A stretch of DNA of 64,000 bases from Candidatus Hikarchaeum yamanae (GTDB taxonomy: Archaea > Halobacteriota > Halobacteria > Halobacteriales > Hikarchaeaceae). The stretch spans positions 17,097-81,096 of the forward strand of contig WTZQ01000002.1 in NCBI GenBank assembly GCA_009889635.1, written 5' to 3'. Below are positions 1 through 10,461 of the stretch, in pieces (position 1 is the stretch's first letter; each line of letters begins with the position of its first letter). Made by a program: the position numbers and the translations under genes. The notes below the pieces were generated by a model. The model saw only the letters and a list, made by a program, of their open reading frames with translations, did no database searches and was not told the DNA's origin.

Positions 1-1
1 T

Positions 2-913
2 TCCTCTGGCCCCTCTTCAATTTCTCCGGAGACTGGGTCTCCCTACGCCACTACATTCCCTCCCGTAACTGTCACTGACTGGACACATTCACAAAGAATG
101 CTTCTAGATCACCTAGGAGTCGGTCGTTTACACGCTGTTATTGGGGGTTCTGTAGGGGGAATGAACGCGTTGGAGTGGGCTAAAGTTTACCCCGATGATA
201 TAAACCGACTCATACCAATTGCAACAGCAGCAAGATTAGATTCCCAATGCATCGCACTGGATTCCATCGCAAGTAGATCTATTACTGGAGATCCAAACTG
301 GAATGGAGGTAATTACTACGGTTCTACTCCCCCATACCATGGATTAGCACAAGCAAGAAAAATTGGCCATGTAATGTACCTTTCAAAAGAATCAATGCTA
401 GCTAAATTTGGTAGGAGATCTGCTGGGAGGGATTCACTCTATGATTTTTCACCATCGGATCCAGCAGCAGCATTCTTTCCCTACACCGAAGTCGAATCTT
501 ATTTAGATTATAATTCTGAAAAGTTCACAACTAGATTCGATCCTAATAGTTACCTCTACTTACTCCGAGCAATGGATAATTATGATTTATCTTCTGGATA
601 TGAGTCCGATTCCGATGCAATTTCTGCATTTACCGGAGAAGTTCTCTTGATATCCTTTACCGGAGATTGGCACTTCCCTAGTTCTACCTCCGAAGAACTA
701 GCACATTCTTTTAGAGAGGCAAATATCAACACAATCCATCATGTCATCGATTCACCATATGGGCACGATGCATTTCTCGTAGAACCAAACAACGTTGGTC
801 CTCCCATCTCCGGGTTCCTCTCGGATGGAATAAATTCAAGTTCAATTACGGATACACTATCTGAACCAAAAAGCAAATTCGCCCCTGTCCATAATAGCCT
901 CTTCTCCAATTAA
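2..913 (+). CDS. metX: homoserine O-acetyltransferase (MetX), 5'-truncated by window edge
   Basis: Frame is open from the window start (..[22 protein letters not shown]). Alpha/beta-hydrolase nucleophile elbow [16 protein letters not shown] and C-terminal [11 protein letters not shown] are typical of MetX. Confidence 0.8.
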   Translation, partial: SSGPSSISPETGSPYATTFPPVTVTDWTHSQRMLLDHLGVGRLHAVIGGSVGGMNALEWAKVYPDDINRLIPIATAARLDSQCIALDSIASRSITGDPNWNGGNYYGSTPPYHGLAQARKIGHVMYLSKESMLAKFGRRSAGRDSLYDFSPSDPAAAFFPYTEVESYLDYNSEKFTTRFDPNSYLYLLRAMDNYDLSSGYESDSDAISAFTGEVLLISFTGDWHFPSSTSEELAHSFREANINTIHHVIDSPYGHDAFLVEPNNVGPPISGFLSDGINSSSITDTLSEPKSKFAPVHNSLFSN

Positions 914-923
914 GCCGGATCTC

Positions 924-1559
924 TCACAAAATATTTTTTTCTGCTAGTAGATCTCGCAATTCTCCCACTGTATCCACAACAACATCACAATACTCCTTCA
1001 CAATCATTTTTGGTCTGAATCCTATAGAAAAACCAGCCCTTTCTAACATGGGGATGTCATTAGCCCCATCTCCAATAGCGACCACCTGTTCTATTGGTAT
1101 CTTTGCCATTGTACAAATTTTATCTAGGGCCTCTCTTTTTGATTTATGGATCAATTCCCCACGTACTTCACCTGTAAGATGTCCTTTCTCTACCATGAGA
1201 TCATTAGCAACAATCCAATCTACACTTGTATCTGAATTTTCTAGTGCCCTTTCTACCCCCTCTAAAAATCCTCCCGTTATGATTGCAATTTTTATATTTT
1301 TTTCTTTTAAATTTTCTAATAATTCCCCCATACCTGGGCGCAAAAACGTATTTTGATAAACCCTACCTGCATTTTCCTCCGAGAGTCCTTTTAACAAACC
1401 TGTCCGTAAATTGAGACTCTCCCCAAAACTTATCTCACCCCGCATCCCCTTTTGTGTAATTTCACTTATCTGGGATCTGTGGCCCACTTCCGTAGCCAAT
1501 TCAACTATCATTTCCCCCTCTGATAATGTCCCATCGAAGTCAAATGCAATAAGCTGCAC
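924..1559 (-). CDS. serB: phosphoserine phosphatase (HAD family, SerB-like); GTG start
   Basis: HAD motif I IAFDFDGTL at the N-terminus and motif IV AIGDGANDIPMLERAG. 211 aa. Divergent from serA. Confidence 0.8.
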   Translation of the reverse strand: MQLIAFDFDGTLSEGEMIVELATEVGHRSQISEITQKGMRGEISFGESLNLRTGLLKGLSEENAGRVYQNTFLRPGMGELLENLKEKNIKIAIITGGFLEGVERALENSDTSVDWIVANDLMVEKGHLTGEVRGELIHKSKREALDKICTMAKIPIEQVVAIGDGANDIPMLERAGFSIGFRPKMIVKEYCDVVVDTVGELRDLLAEKNIL

Positions 1560-1627
1560 AACACTTTCCAGGGCTCTTCATATATATATTTTCTTAAAAC
1601 TCCCCCCTGCTTCCATAAGAAAGTGTT
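1560..1627. promoter_or_regulatory. divergent serB/serA promoter region bracketed by a perfect 9-bp inverted repeat (AACACTTTC 1560-1568 / GAAAGTGTT 1619-1627) with an internal ATATATATAT tract
   Basis: Read directly; the arms are exact reverse complements. The left arm abuts the serB start codon. The right arm sits about 30-37 nt upstream of the serA ATG, next to TTAATAAT. Confidence 0.4.
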
Positions 1628-1655
1628 AATAATCGTCGACTAGTCTTCCCAAGTC

Positions 1656-3236
1656 ATGAAGGTCATAGTAGCAGAACCTATCGACAACTCTGGCTTGGAT
1701 ACTCTCAAAGAAGCTGGACACGAAGTGGAATTGGCATACGATTCCACTGAAACAGAACTTTTAGATTTGGTTAAAAACGCCAGTGGCCTCGTAGTTAGAT
1801 CTGGTACTTCTGTTAATAGAACCTTAATCGAAGCTGCACCGAATCTTATCATCATTGGGCGCGCTGGCGTGGGAATAGATAACATCGACCTGGACGCTGC
1901 TTCTGATAATGGTGTTATTGTTGTGAATGCACCCGAAGGGAACATACGTGCAGCAGCTGAGCACACCATTGCAATGACATTTGCAATAGCGAGAAAAATC
2001 CCCCAAGCTCATATCTCCCTTAACGATGGAAAATGGGAGAAGAAAAATTTCATTGGGTTAGAACTTGATGGAAAAACTGCAGGAATAGTAGGACTAGGGC
2101 GAGTGGGTCAAGAAGTAGCCAAGAGATTTCTTTCACTTGGAATGAATATTGTGGCATTCGATCCTTATATTTCTCAAGATCGAGCAGACCAACTTGGTAT
2201 CACCCTAATGGATCTTCCCACTTGCATGGACAACGCAGACGTCCTTACAATTCACACCCCACTCACCCCCGAAACAAAAAATCTCATCGGAAAGGAACAA
2301 CTCACAAAATTAAAAGGTGGTTATCTGATCAATTGCGCACGAGGTGGTATAGTAAATGAGTCTGCATTAGCAGAAGCGATATCAGATGGTGTCCTCGCAG
2401 GAGCTGCTATAGACGTTTTTTCTGAAGAACCTGTCTCTCCTGACAATCCCCTTCTTGGCTTACAAAATGTTATTGTCACCCCCCATCTTGGAGCGAGCAC
2501 AGAAGCTGCACAAGAAAATGTTTCTCTCGATATAGCCAAACAGATAATCGCAGCATTGGCTGGAAACCCCGTTGAAAATTCTCTTAACTCTCCCTCCATC
2601 GACGAGGCAACCTTCTCAAAAATATCTCCCTATATAGGTCTCATGGAAACTGCAGGAAACCTCGCTGTTCAATTACTCGAAAATCCCGTCAATTCCATTG
2701 AATTAACCTATTCTGGGGAGATTGCATCTTTGGATGTCAGTCTTATCACTGCAAGTGCACTCAAAGGTGTTTTTACCTCACTTGAGTGGAGAATTAACTC
2801 TGTAAATGCTCTCCGAGTGGCCCAAGAACGTGGGGTCAATATTCAAGAGAACAAACACCCTCTTATAGATGGTTTTCAAAGTTTAATCTCTGTCACTCTC
2901 CGAAGCGAAACTAAATCTATATGCATAGAAGGCACAGTCTTTGCCAATAACGACCCTCGAATTGTCAGCATAGATGGTTTCCGAGTCGACGCAATTCCCT
3001 CTGGTCATATGCTTATTTCCCGAAATCTAGATCGACCCGGAGTTATCGGATTCATAGGCACGATCTTGGGTGAACATACAATAAATATTGGGGCGATGTT
3101 TAATTCTAGAGAAAATATCGGTGGCGGAGCACTCACTGTGTATAACATCGACGACCCAATCTCTGATGACCTCCGAAACCAATTGATATCTGATGACCGT
3201 ATCACTGATATCTATTGCATTTCTCTAAACGGATGA
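1656..3236 (+). CDS. serA: D-3-phosphoglycerate dehydrogenase (long form with C-terminal ACT region)
   Basis: Rossmann motif GIVGLGRVGQEVAKRF and TPHLGASTEAAQENV. 526 aa length fits type I SerA. Confidence 0.9.
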   Translation: MKVIVAEPIDNSGLDTLKEAGHEVELAYDSTETELLDLVKNASGLVVRSGTSVNRTLIEAAPNLIIIGRAGVGIDNIDLDAASDNGVIVVNAPEGNIRAAAEHTIAMTFAIARKIPQAHISLNDGKWEKKNFIGLELDGKTAGIVGLGRVGQEVAKRFLSLGMNIVAFDPYISQDRADQLGITLMDLPTCMDNADVLTIHTPLTPETKNLIGKEQLTKLKGGYLINCARGGIVNESALAEAISDGVLAGAAIDVFSEEPVSPDNPLLGLQNVIVTPHLGASTEAAQENVSLDIAKQIIAALAGNPVENSLNSPSIDEATFSKISPYIGLMETAGNLAVQLLENPVNSIELTYSGEIASLDVSLITASALKGVFTSLEWRINSVNALRVAQERGVNIQENKHPLIDGFQSLISVTLRSETKSICIEGTVFANNDPRIVSIDGFRVDAIPSGHMLISRNLDRPGVIGFIGTILGEHTINIGAMFNSRENIGGGALTVYNIDDPISDDLRNQLISDDRITDIYCISLNG

Positions 3237-3245
3237 AAAATACTT

Positions 3246-4511
3246 TCAGTTTAAAATAGCTTGCATAACATCTTCCACACTTGCAGGAATTTCTTTTGGA
3301 GCCTCCCTAGCAAAACTTGCTGCATCTGGATCTTTTAGTAATATCCCTGTGGCCAAACAGACAACATACTCTTCTTTTCCAACTACGCCCTCTGAACGTA
3401 GTTTCCTTAAACCCGCAACCGAAGCAGCAGAAGCAGGTTCCACTCCAATTCCTTCCTCTGCCAACTCACATTGAGCTGCTAATATTTCCCCATCTGAAAC
3501 AGTTATTGCAGTCCCCCCTGTCCCTCGTATTGCCGGAAGGGCCTTCGGGGAGTTTACCGGATTTCCAATCCTAATCGCTGTCGCCTTTGTTTCCACACTT
3601 GGCCATCTTTGAACATGATTAGCACTACTTTTTATTGCTTCAACAATAGGCGCTGCACCTTCTGCTTGTATAGCTGTGATTTTTGGTACATCTTCCACTT
3701 TAAGAGCACCACTAGCCACTAATTCTCTAAAACCTTTGTACAATGCTGCCGTATTCCCCGCATTACCCACTGGTAATATAATTCTATCTGGATATCTGCC
3801 CACTTCTTCCAGCGATTGCTCGAGTATTTCAAATCCAATAGTTTTCTGGCCTTCTAATCGAAATGGGTTTACAGAGTTCAATAAATAAACCTCACCTTCA
3901 TCTGCCAACTTGGTCACAATATCAAGACATTCATCAAAATTTCCGTCCAATTGTAATATTTTTGCACCATGCAAACTTGCTTGAGCAACCTTCCCCATCG
4001 CGACCTTCCCTGCGGGGAGCAACACGATTACTTCCAAACCAGCCCTCGATCCGTAAGCTGCCAAAGACGCGCTAGTATTTCCGGTCGAAGCACAGGCTAA
4101 TCTTTTTACACCTAATTCTTGGACTACACGGACGCCCACCGTCATTCCTCTATCTTTGAAGCTCCCTGTTGGATTCATCCCCTCATGTTTAATTCTTAAA
4201 GCCTCTACTCCTACGTCGGATTCTATTCTAGGTACTGTGTACAGCGGAGTGTTTCCCTCCTTTATGCTAACTCCCATTTCAAATGGTAATGACGCCCTGT
4301 ACCTCCAAACACCACTCCCTGAAAAATCTTCAAACGTCGGGAGATTTTCATATCTTACTTCCAATAACCCTCCACATTTTTGGCATCTATATATCACAAA
4401 ATCGAATGGGGGGTATGTTTTTCCACATTCAATACAAGTTAACCAGACATCCCCTTTAATGGAACTAGGTTTAATTTGTCCAATACCTTCGATTGTTAGG
4501 TCTGCCATCAA
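3246..4511 (-). CDS. thrC: threonine synthase with N-terminal zinc ribbon
   Basis: PLP-lysine motif NPTGSFKDRGMT. N-terminal CIECG..CQKCGG ribbon as in archaeal ThrC. Confidence 0.9.
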   Translation of the reverse strand: MMADLTIEGIGQIKPSSIKGDVWLTCIECGKTYPPFDFVIYRCQKCGGLLEVRYENLPTFEDFSGSGVWRYRASLPFEMGVSIKEGNTPLYTVPRIESDVGVEALRIKHEGMNPTGSFKDRGMTVGVRVVQELGVKRLACASTGNTSASLAAYGSRAGLEVIVLLPAGKVAMGKVAQASLHGAKILQLDGNFDECLDIVTKLADEGEVYLLNSVNPFRLEGQKTIGFEILEQSLEEVGRYPDRIILPVGNAGNTAALYKGFRELVASGALKVEDVPKITAIQAEGAAPIVEAIKSSANHVQRWPSVETKATAIRIGNPVNSPKALPAIRGTGGTAITVSDGEILAAQCELAEEGIGVEPASAASVAGLRKLRSEGVVGKEEYVVCLATGILLKDPDAASFAREAPKEIPASVEDVMQAILN

Positions 4512-4624
4512 TAATTCTCAAATGGTGTCTGTGGTCAAAAAAGAAGTGGTCTATGCGATCTAACAATCTAACCTTCTGACCTCATCAAGATAGTTTCAAA
4601 AACCTCGGAAGCATATCTCTCACA

Positions 4625-6352
4625 ATGGATAGAAATGATATCCTTTCTTGGACATCCGACTTCCCCGCAAAACCGGGTGTATATTTATTTTACTCCCAAG
4701 ATTTTCCAATCTATATAGGAAAAGCAGTCAATCTCCGATCACGAATCCGATCCTACACCGATCCTATATCTCCCCGAATCCAACAAATGGTGCAGAAAGC
4801 AGATCGAATTGATATCTCTATAACCAACACAGAAACCCAGGCGTTACTGCTAGAAGCAAATCTAATCAAATGCCATGCGCCCAAATACAACGTTCGTTTA
4901 CGAGACGACAAATCTTATCCACTCATCCAAATTTCTAACCATGCTTTCCCCCGTATAGAAGTAACCCGGGATCCTGATACTAAAGCAAAAGTATATGGAC
5001 CTTTCACCGACCGAAAAAAAGTGGATGAAACAGTCAAAGCAATACGAGAAACTTTTGGAATCAGGGGGTGTTCTGACCACAAATTTTCAGGTAGATCCCG
5101 CCCATGCCTGGATTACGACCTTGGTTTGTGCACCGCCCCTTGTGTTGATTATATATCCCAAGATCAATACCTATTGGATGTTTCTTCCACAGAAGCATTT
5201 TTTCACGGTGCAACTGGAACTTTACTCGAACCTCTCTTGAAAAAAATGGATTCCTCCGCAACCAACCAACAATACGAACAAGCGGCCACTCTTCGAGATC
5301 GAATAGATGCGGTCCGAGGACTCCATGGAGGCGGAGATGCTGTTCAAAAACATGGGGAATCAAAAACAACTGATGTTCTCGCCGTTTCTATAGAAGGTAC
5401 CCATTCTATCGTTTCTCGTTTTCATATTGAAAAAGGAATGCTACTCGACCGTGAACAACATTTACTCGATACCCCCGATCACTCAACCCCCGAAACAGTA
5501 CTCTCAGCTTTCATATCTCAATATTATGCAGATAGAATTCTACCCAACAATTTAGTCCTATCCGACCGACCTCATGACTCTGAAATTTATACTTGGCTAG
5601 ATTCAGAACATGTCGAAATATCCACTCCAACTACAGGAAGAGAAGCCGTTTTAGTCGAAATGGCACTCAAAAACGCCCGTCAAAATTTTGTTCCTACCGA
5701 TGCCATTCTTGCACTTCAAAATTCTCTTTCAATTTCAAAAGCAACCCGAATAGAGGCTTTCGATATAAGTCATTCTACCGGAGAAGATGTAGTCGGAAGC
5801 AATGTCGTCTTCGTAGATGGTTATCCGGAAAAATCTTCTTACAGACGACTGAAACTCAAAGAAACCAACGACGATTACTCTAACATGTATGATCTTCTAG
5901 CTTGGAGGGCAGATCGTTCCATCTCTGGAACCGATTCACGTCCAGTCCCTGATTTACTCATAGTCGATGGGGGTTCAGGTCAATTGAATGCAGCTTTAAA
6001 AGCCCTTTCTGATCTAAAATGGGATGTACCTGTTATCGCACTTAAAAAACCAAATGATATTATCATAACCCCAACTGGAAATCAAACTTGGCCATCAAAT
6101 GCTTCCCACTTACACCTGATCCAACGCATCCGAGATGAAGCACATAGATTTGCTCTCGCTTATCACCGCCACTTACGCGACGACGTCACAACAACCCTGG
6201 ATTCTATATCTGGAATAGGACCTGAACTTAGAAAAAGACTTTTCCAAAATTTTGGATCTATAGATGGAATTCGCCGCGCTTCAGTGGTCGAACTCTGTGG
6301 TATACAAGGCATTGGAAAACAAACAGCAATGAAACTTAAAAATCAACTTTAA
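4625..6352 (+). CDS. uvrC: excinuclease ABC subunit C
   Basis: GIY-YIG module PGVYLFY..IYIGKAVNLRSRIRSY, central UVR-like segment, C-terminal HhH ISGIGPELRKRLFQNFGS. Confidence 0.9.
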   Translation: MDRNDILSWTSDFPAKPGVYLFYSQDFPIYIGKAVNLRSRIRSYTDPISPRIQQMVQKADRIDISITNTETQALLLEANLIKCHAPKYNVRLRDDKSYPLIQISNHAFPRIEVTRDPDTKAKVYGPFTDRKKVDETVKAIRETFGIRGCSDHKFSGRSRPCLDYDLGLCTAPCVDYISQDQYLLDVSSTEAFFHGATGTLLEPLLKKMDSSATNQQYEQAATLRDRIDAVRGLHGGGDAVQKHGESKTTDVLAVSIEGTHSIVSRFHIEKGMLLDREQHLLDTPDHSTPETVLSAFISQYYADRILPNNLVLSDRPHDSEIYTWLDSEHVEISTPTTGREAVLVEMALKNARQNFVPTDAILALQNSLSISKATRIEAFDISHSTGEDVVGSNVVFVDGYPEKSSYRRLKLKETNDDYSNMYDLLAWRADRSISGTDSRPVPDLLIVDGGSGQLNAALKALSDLKWDVPVIALKKPNDIIITPTGNQTWPSNASHLHLIQRIRDEAHRFALAYHRHLRDDVTTTLDSISGIGPELRKRLFQNFGSIDGIRRASVVELCGIQGIGKQTAMKLKNQL

Positions 6353-6358
6353 TTCGTT

Positions 6359-8365
6359 CTATTCTTCAGGAAGTATCCAATTATCTTCACTTTTAAATTT
6401 TTTCTGCAATTCTCTAATTCTATCCCTAATATCCGCTGCGAGTTCAAACTCAAGATTCTCTGCAGCCTCTCTCATCTTTTCACCTAGAACTTCACATACC
6501 TCTAAAGCCTCATCATAATCTTTTGGCTGTGCCTTCCCAATGCCACCTGTATTCGTTCGCATACCCGGTAAACCCGAATCACCAACCGACTTTTCAATCG
6601 ATTTAGGAACATGCCCATATTCTCTATTAAAAGCTTCTTGTGTCACCCGCCTACGTTCGGTCTCAACCATGGCCGCTTCCATCGACCGAGTAATCCGATC
6701 TGCGTACAATACAACCTCTCCATTTATATTCCGTGCCGCCCGCCCAATTATCTGAATTAGTGCCCGTGTAGAACGTAGGAACCCTTCTTGATCTGCATCC
6801 AATACCGCCACCAACGAGACTTCTGGAAGATCAAGTCCTTCTCTTAACAGATTAATTCCAACTAATATATCAAACTCCCCCAGCCGCAAACCCCGAATTA
6901 ATTCATATCTCTCCAATGTTTTTGTTTCACTGTGCATATATTCTGCATCAAAACCGGCCCCCACTAAATATTCTGTTAGATCTTCGGCCATTCGTTTCGT
7001 CAATGTCGTCACTAAAACCCTTTCTCCACCCTCAATTTTTAAACGAATTCTCTCCATCAAATCATCTATTTGATTTTTAGCAGGCATAACTACTATTTCG
7101 GGATCAACTAAATACGTCGGCCTGACTATTTGTTCTACGATCTGATCTGAAACTTCCAATTCGTAATCTCCTGGAGTGGCAGACAAATAGAGAGTTCGAG
7201 TATCTATACTTTCAAATTCTTCAAATGTCAACGGGCGATTATCATAAGCAGTAGGCAATCGAAATCCATTTTCCACTAGTGCCTCTTTCCGTGATCGATC
7301 CGCTGCAAATTGTCCCCGAATTTGGGGCAACATTTGATGTGATTCGTCTACGACAATCAAAAATTCTTCTGGGAAGTAATCAATCAAAGTATATGGAGAA
7401 TCCCCCGAAACCCGATTAGAAAGATGTACTGAGTAGTTTTCTATCCCCGGAACATGACCCATTTCCCTCAACATTTCCACATCGAACCTAGTCCTGTCTT
7501 CTATCCTCTGAGCAGCAACCAAATCCCCCCTCCGTTCAAAATATTTTATCTGCTCTTCCATTAGAGATTCAATTTCTGAAATAGCATTGTCCAATCTTTC
7601 CATCGGAATAGAATAGTGCTCGGCAGGGTGAATCAATACCACAGGATCTTCTCCTTTTAACTTTCCCTCTAGTGGATCAAACCTAGTTATTCTCTCAATT
7701 CGATCGCCCCAAAACTCAATTCGTATTGAGTATTGCCCATAAATAGGATATATCTCAATCGTATCTCCTCTGACTCTAAATTTCCCATGAGAAAAATCAA
7801 TATCATTTCGCCGATAGTTTAGATTGACTAGATCTCGAACCACTTCATCTCTATCAATCTTCTGCCCTTTTGATAATCTAATGGCCATGTCCTCATAATC
7901 TGCAGGATCTCCCAAGCCGTATATTGCAGAAACAGAAGCCACTACGATAACGTCCTTCCTGGTTAATAGAGAATGGGTTGCAGAATGACGGAGGCGCTCT
8001 ATTTGTTCATTTATTGACGCATCTTTTCCGATATATGTGTCCGTCTGTTCTATGTATGCTTCCGGTTGATAGTAATCATAATGCGAAACAAAATATTCCA
8101 CTGCATTATCTGGAAACAATGTTCTAAATTCTTCGTATAGTTGTGCAGCAAGTGTTTTATTGTGGGTAATAACCAGCGTTGGAATCCCTAACTTTTCAAT
8201 TGCCCACGAAACTGTGTTTGTTTTACCCGAACCTGTTACTCCTAACAATATTTGACGTTTCATTCCCTCTTGGAATCCCTTCACAACATTCTCTATGGCA
8301 TTTGGCTGATCTCCTGCAGGATCAAACCCGGCCTCCACACGAAATTCATTCCCATCCAGCCCCAT
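6359..8365 (-). CDS. uvrB: excinuclease ABC subunit B
   Basis: Walker [15 protein letters not shown] box [12 protein letters not shown]-terminal UVR motif [17 protein letters not shown]. Confidence 0.95.
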   Translation of the reverse strand: MGLDGNEFRVEAGFDPAGDQPNAIENVVKGFQEGMKRQILLGVTGSGKTNTVSWAIEKLGIPTLVITHNKTLAAQLYEEFRTLFPDNAVEYFVSHYDYYQPEAYIEQTDTYIGKDASINEQIERLRHSATHSLLTRKDVIVVASVSAIYGLGDPADYEDMAIRLSKGQKIDRDEVVRDLVNLNYRRNDIDFSHGKFRVRGDTIEIYPIYGQYSIRIEFWGDRIERITRFDPLEGKLKGEDPVVLIHPAEHYSIPMERLDNAISEIESLMEEQIKYFERRGDLVAAQRIEDRTRFDVEMLREMGHVPGIENYSVHLSNRVSGDSPYTLIDYFPEEFLIVVDESHQMLPQIRGQFAADRSRKEALVENGFRLPTAYDNRPLTFEEFESIDTRTLYLSATPGDYELEVSDQIVEQIVRPTYLVDPEIVVMPAKNQIDDLMERIRLKIEGGERVLVTTLTKRMAEDLTEYLVGAGFDAEYMHSETKTLERYELIRGLRLGEFDILVGINLLREGLDLPEVSLVAVLDADQEGFLRSTRALIQIIGRAARNINGEVVLYADRITRSMEAAMVETERRRVTQEAFNREYGHVPKSIEKSVGDSGLPGMRTNTGGIGKAQPKDYDEALEVCEVLGEKMREAAENLEFELAADIRDRIRELQKKFKSEDNWILPEE

Positions 8366-8428
8366 TATCTCACGCTAGCAACTGTAACTATTTCAGACAA
8401 ACGTTATTCCACTTGATCTACTATTTTT

Positions 8429-8644
8429 TCAAACCCATTCTTTCAATACGATGGAATCAAACATAGAAGCACATATCCAAGCCCCATCTTCTGTAATATC
8501 TGCTATTATGAGGTTTGGAGTCTCCCCATCCATGTCAATAGAAGCCATGACCTCGTGGCTATCTCTGCTTCTTGATACTCCCACCATATCGTGCGAATTG
8601 CTGTCATTTAACATAAACCCGTCGAAATACTTTTCCTCACCCAC
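8429..8644 (-). CDS. small acidic hypothetical protein (71 aa; start uncertain)
   Basis: ORF only, 63 nt upstream of uvrB on the same strand. The acidic C-terminal half (..TPNLIIADITEDGAWICASMFDSIVLKEW) resembles small haloarchaeal proteins ending in an AWI..D..L.EW type motif. No family name is asserted. Confidence 0.4.
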   Translation of the reverse strand: MGEEKYFDGFMLNDSNSHDMVGVSRSRDSHEVMASIDMDGETPNLIIADITEDGAWICASMFDSIVLKEWV

Positions 8645-8677
8645 CTTTCACAAGCTAAAAGACAGTAATTAAAACCC

Positions 8678-10411
8678 ATGACCAATATAGACGTTCTAAA
8701 CGAGCTGGCAAAACGCAGGGGATTCTTTTTTTCTGCAAATGATTCCTATGGTGGATTGGCAGGATTTTACGCGTATGGTCCTATGGGTGCCGCATTAAAA
8801 AGTAATATTGAAAATTCTTGGAGAACGAAATTTGTTATCGAAGAAGGTCACTTTGAAATTTCAACCCCCACTATCTCCCCTTCCCCTGTATTCAAAGCAT
8901 CGGGACATCTAGATGGATTCGATGATCTTCTTATAACCTGCTCAACGTGCGAAATATCCTATCGAGCTGACCATTTACTTGGGAGTCAACACACACTTCT
9001 TCAATCTTCAGACGTTTCTGCTAAAGAGTTCAAAAAACTCCTCTCTAAATATTCCCTTACTTGCCCCTCTTGTAAAAATACCTTGGACGATTCAACCTTG
9101 CAGGAATTCAACCTCATGTTCGCCACAAAAGTTGGACCTGGTTCTCAAACCCCCGGATATCTCCGCCCCGAGACCGCACAAGGAATTTTTGTTGAATTTC
9201 CAAGACTATCTGATTATGCGCGTGGAAAATTACCATTTGGAGTAGCCCAAATCGGAACTTCTTATCGGAACGAAATTAGCCCCAGAAAGGGACTCACCCG
9301 ATTGAGAGAATTCACACAAGCAGAATTAGAACTATTCATTCATCCCACCGACCTTGGCCCAGAAATTACTCCAACAACTACTAAACTTCCTCTCTATTCC
9401 GTTTCTCAACAAGAATCAAACGGGGATATCGAATTTGTAACACCTACCGAAGCAATAGACGAAAACATAATTGAAAATCGATGGCTAGCATATTATTTAG
9501 AACTCTCTACCAACTGGTATGATTCCATTGGCATTGACCTCACCCGATTCCGATACCGACAGCATATGCCCAGTGAATTAGCACATTATGCATCAGACTG
9601 TTGGGATGCCGAAGTAGAAATTGATGGAGATTGGATCGAAATAACTGGATTCGCACATCGTGGGAATTATGATCTTTCTAAACACAACACCCATTCATCA
9701 GCTGATTTTACGATGTTTATTCCTCTCGATGAACCCCAGGAGAAACTACAAACTAATCTAAACCCAGACATGGGTTACTTCGGACCAACTTTCGGAAAAT
9801 TAACCCCCGAAATACTATCCAAAATAGATGAAATGGCATCGGAAGATTCCACTATTTTTGATTCCCCTGAATTATCTGTAGAAATCGATGGAACTACACA
9901 TTCCATTCCTTCAGAATATCTTCATCCTACAACAGAAAAAATCACCGTGACCGGTGAACGCATACTACCTCATGTGATCGAACCATCATTTGGCATTGAT
10001 AGAATTATCTACTCTATACTTGCCCACACTTTCCATGAAGATACGATAGATGGCGAGGCACGGTCCTTACTTTCTATCCCCTCTTCAATCTCCCCAATTT
10101 TTGTGGGCGTATTCCCCCTACTAACTCGCGATGGTTTAGATACGGTCTCACAAGATATAGCTTCCAATCTACGTACAAGTGGCCTATCTGTTCTTTACGA
10201 CGAGTCTGGTAGTATCGGAAAACGTTACCGTCGCCAAGATGAGGTTGGAACTCCTTTTTGTGTCACCGTTGATCACCAATATTTTGAAGATCAAACCGTG
10301 ACCCTTAGAGAACGAAATTCAGCGATGCAAATAAGGATCGATGTTGATTCCCTGTCTACAATATTGGAAAGTCTTCGAAATGGGTCTTCTATCTTTTCTG
10401 ATCTTAAATAA
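8678..10411 (+). CDS. glyS: glycine--tRNA ligase (archaeal/eukaryal dimeric type)
   Basis: Class II motifs YLRPETAQGIFVEF and IEPSFGIDRIIY; anticodon-binding C-terminus; 577 aa. Confidence 0.9.
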   Translation: MTNIDVLNELAKRRGFFFSANDSYGGLAGFYAYGPMGAALKSNIENSWRTKFVIEEGHFEISTPTISPSPVFKASGHLDGFDDLLITCSTCEISYRADHLLGSQHTLLQSSDVSAKEFKKLLSKYSLTCPSCKNTLDDSTLQEFNLMFATKVGPGSQTPGYLRPETAQGIFVEFPRLSDYARGKLPFGVAQIGTSYRNEISPRKGLTRLREFTQAELELFIHPTDLGPEITPTTTKLPLYSVSQQESNGDIEFVTPTEAIDENIIENRWLAYYLELSTNWYDSIGIDLTRFRYRQHMPSELAHYASDCWDAEVEIDGDWIEITGFAHRGNYDLSKHNTHSSADFTMFIPLDEPQEKLQTNLNPDMGYFGPTFGKLTPEILSKIDEMASEDSTIFDSPELSVEIDGTTHSIPSEYLHPTTEKITVTGERILPHVIEPSFGIDRIIYSILAHTFHEDTIDGEARSLLSIPSSISPIFVGVFPLLTRDGLDTVSQDIASNLRTSGLSVLYDESGSIGKRYRRQDEVGTPFCVTVDHQYFEDQTVTLRERNSAMQIRIDVDSLSTILESLRNGSSIFSDLK

Positions 10412-10461
10412 TCCCAACGAATACCTTAACACCACAGGTTTCGAATTTACAAATTGAATCG

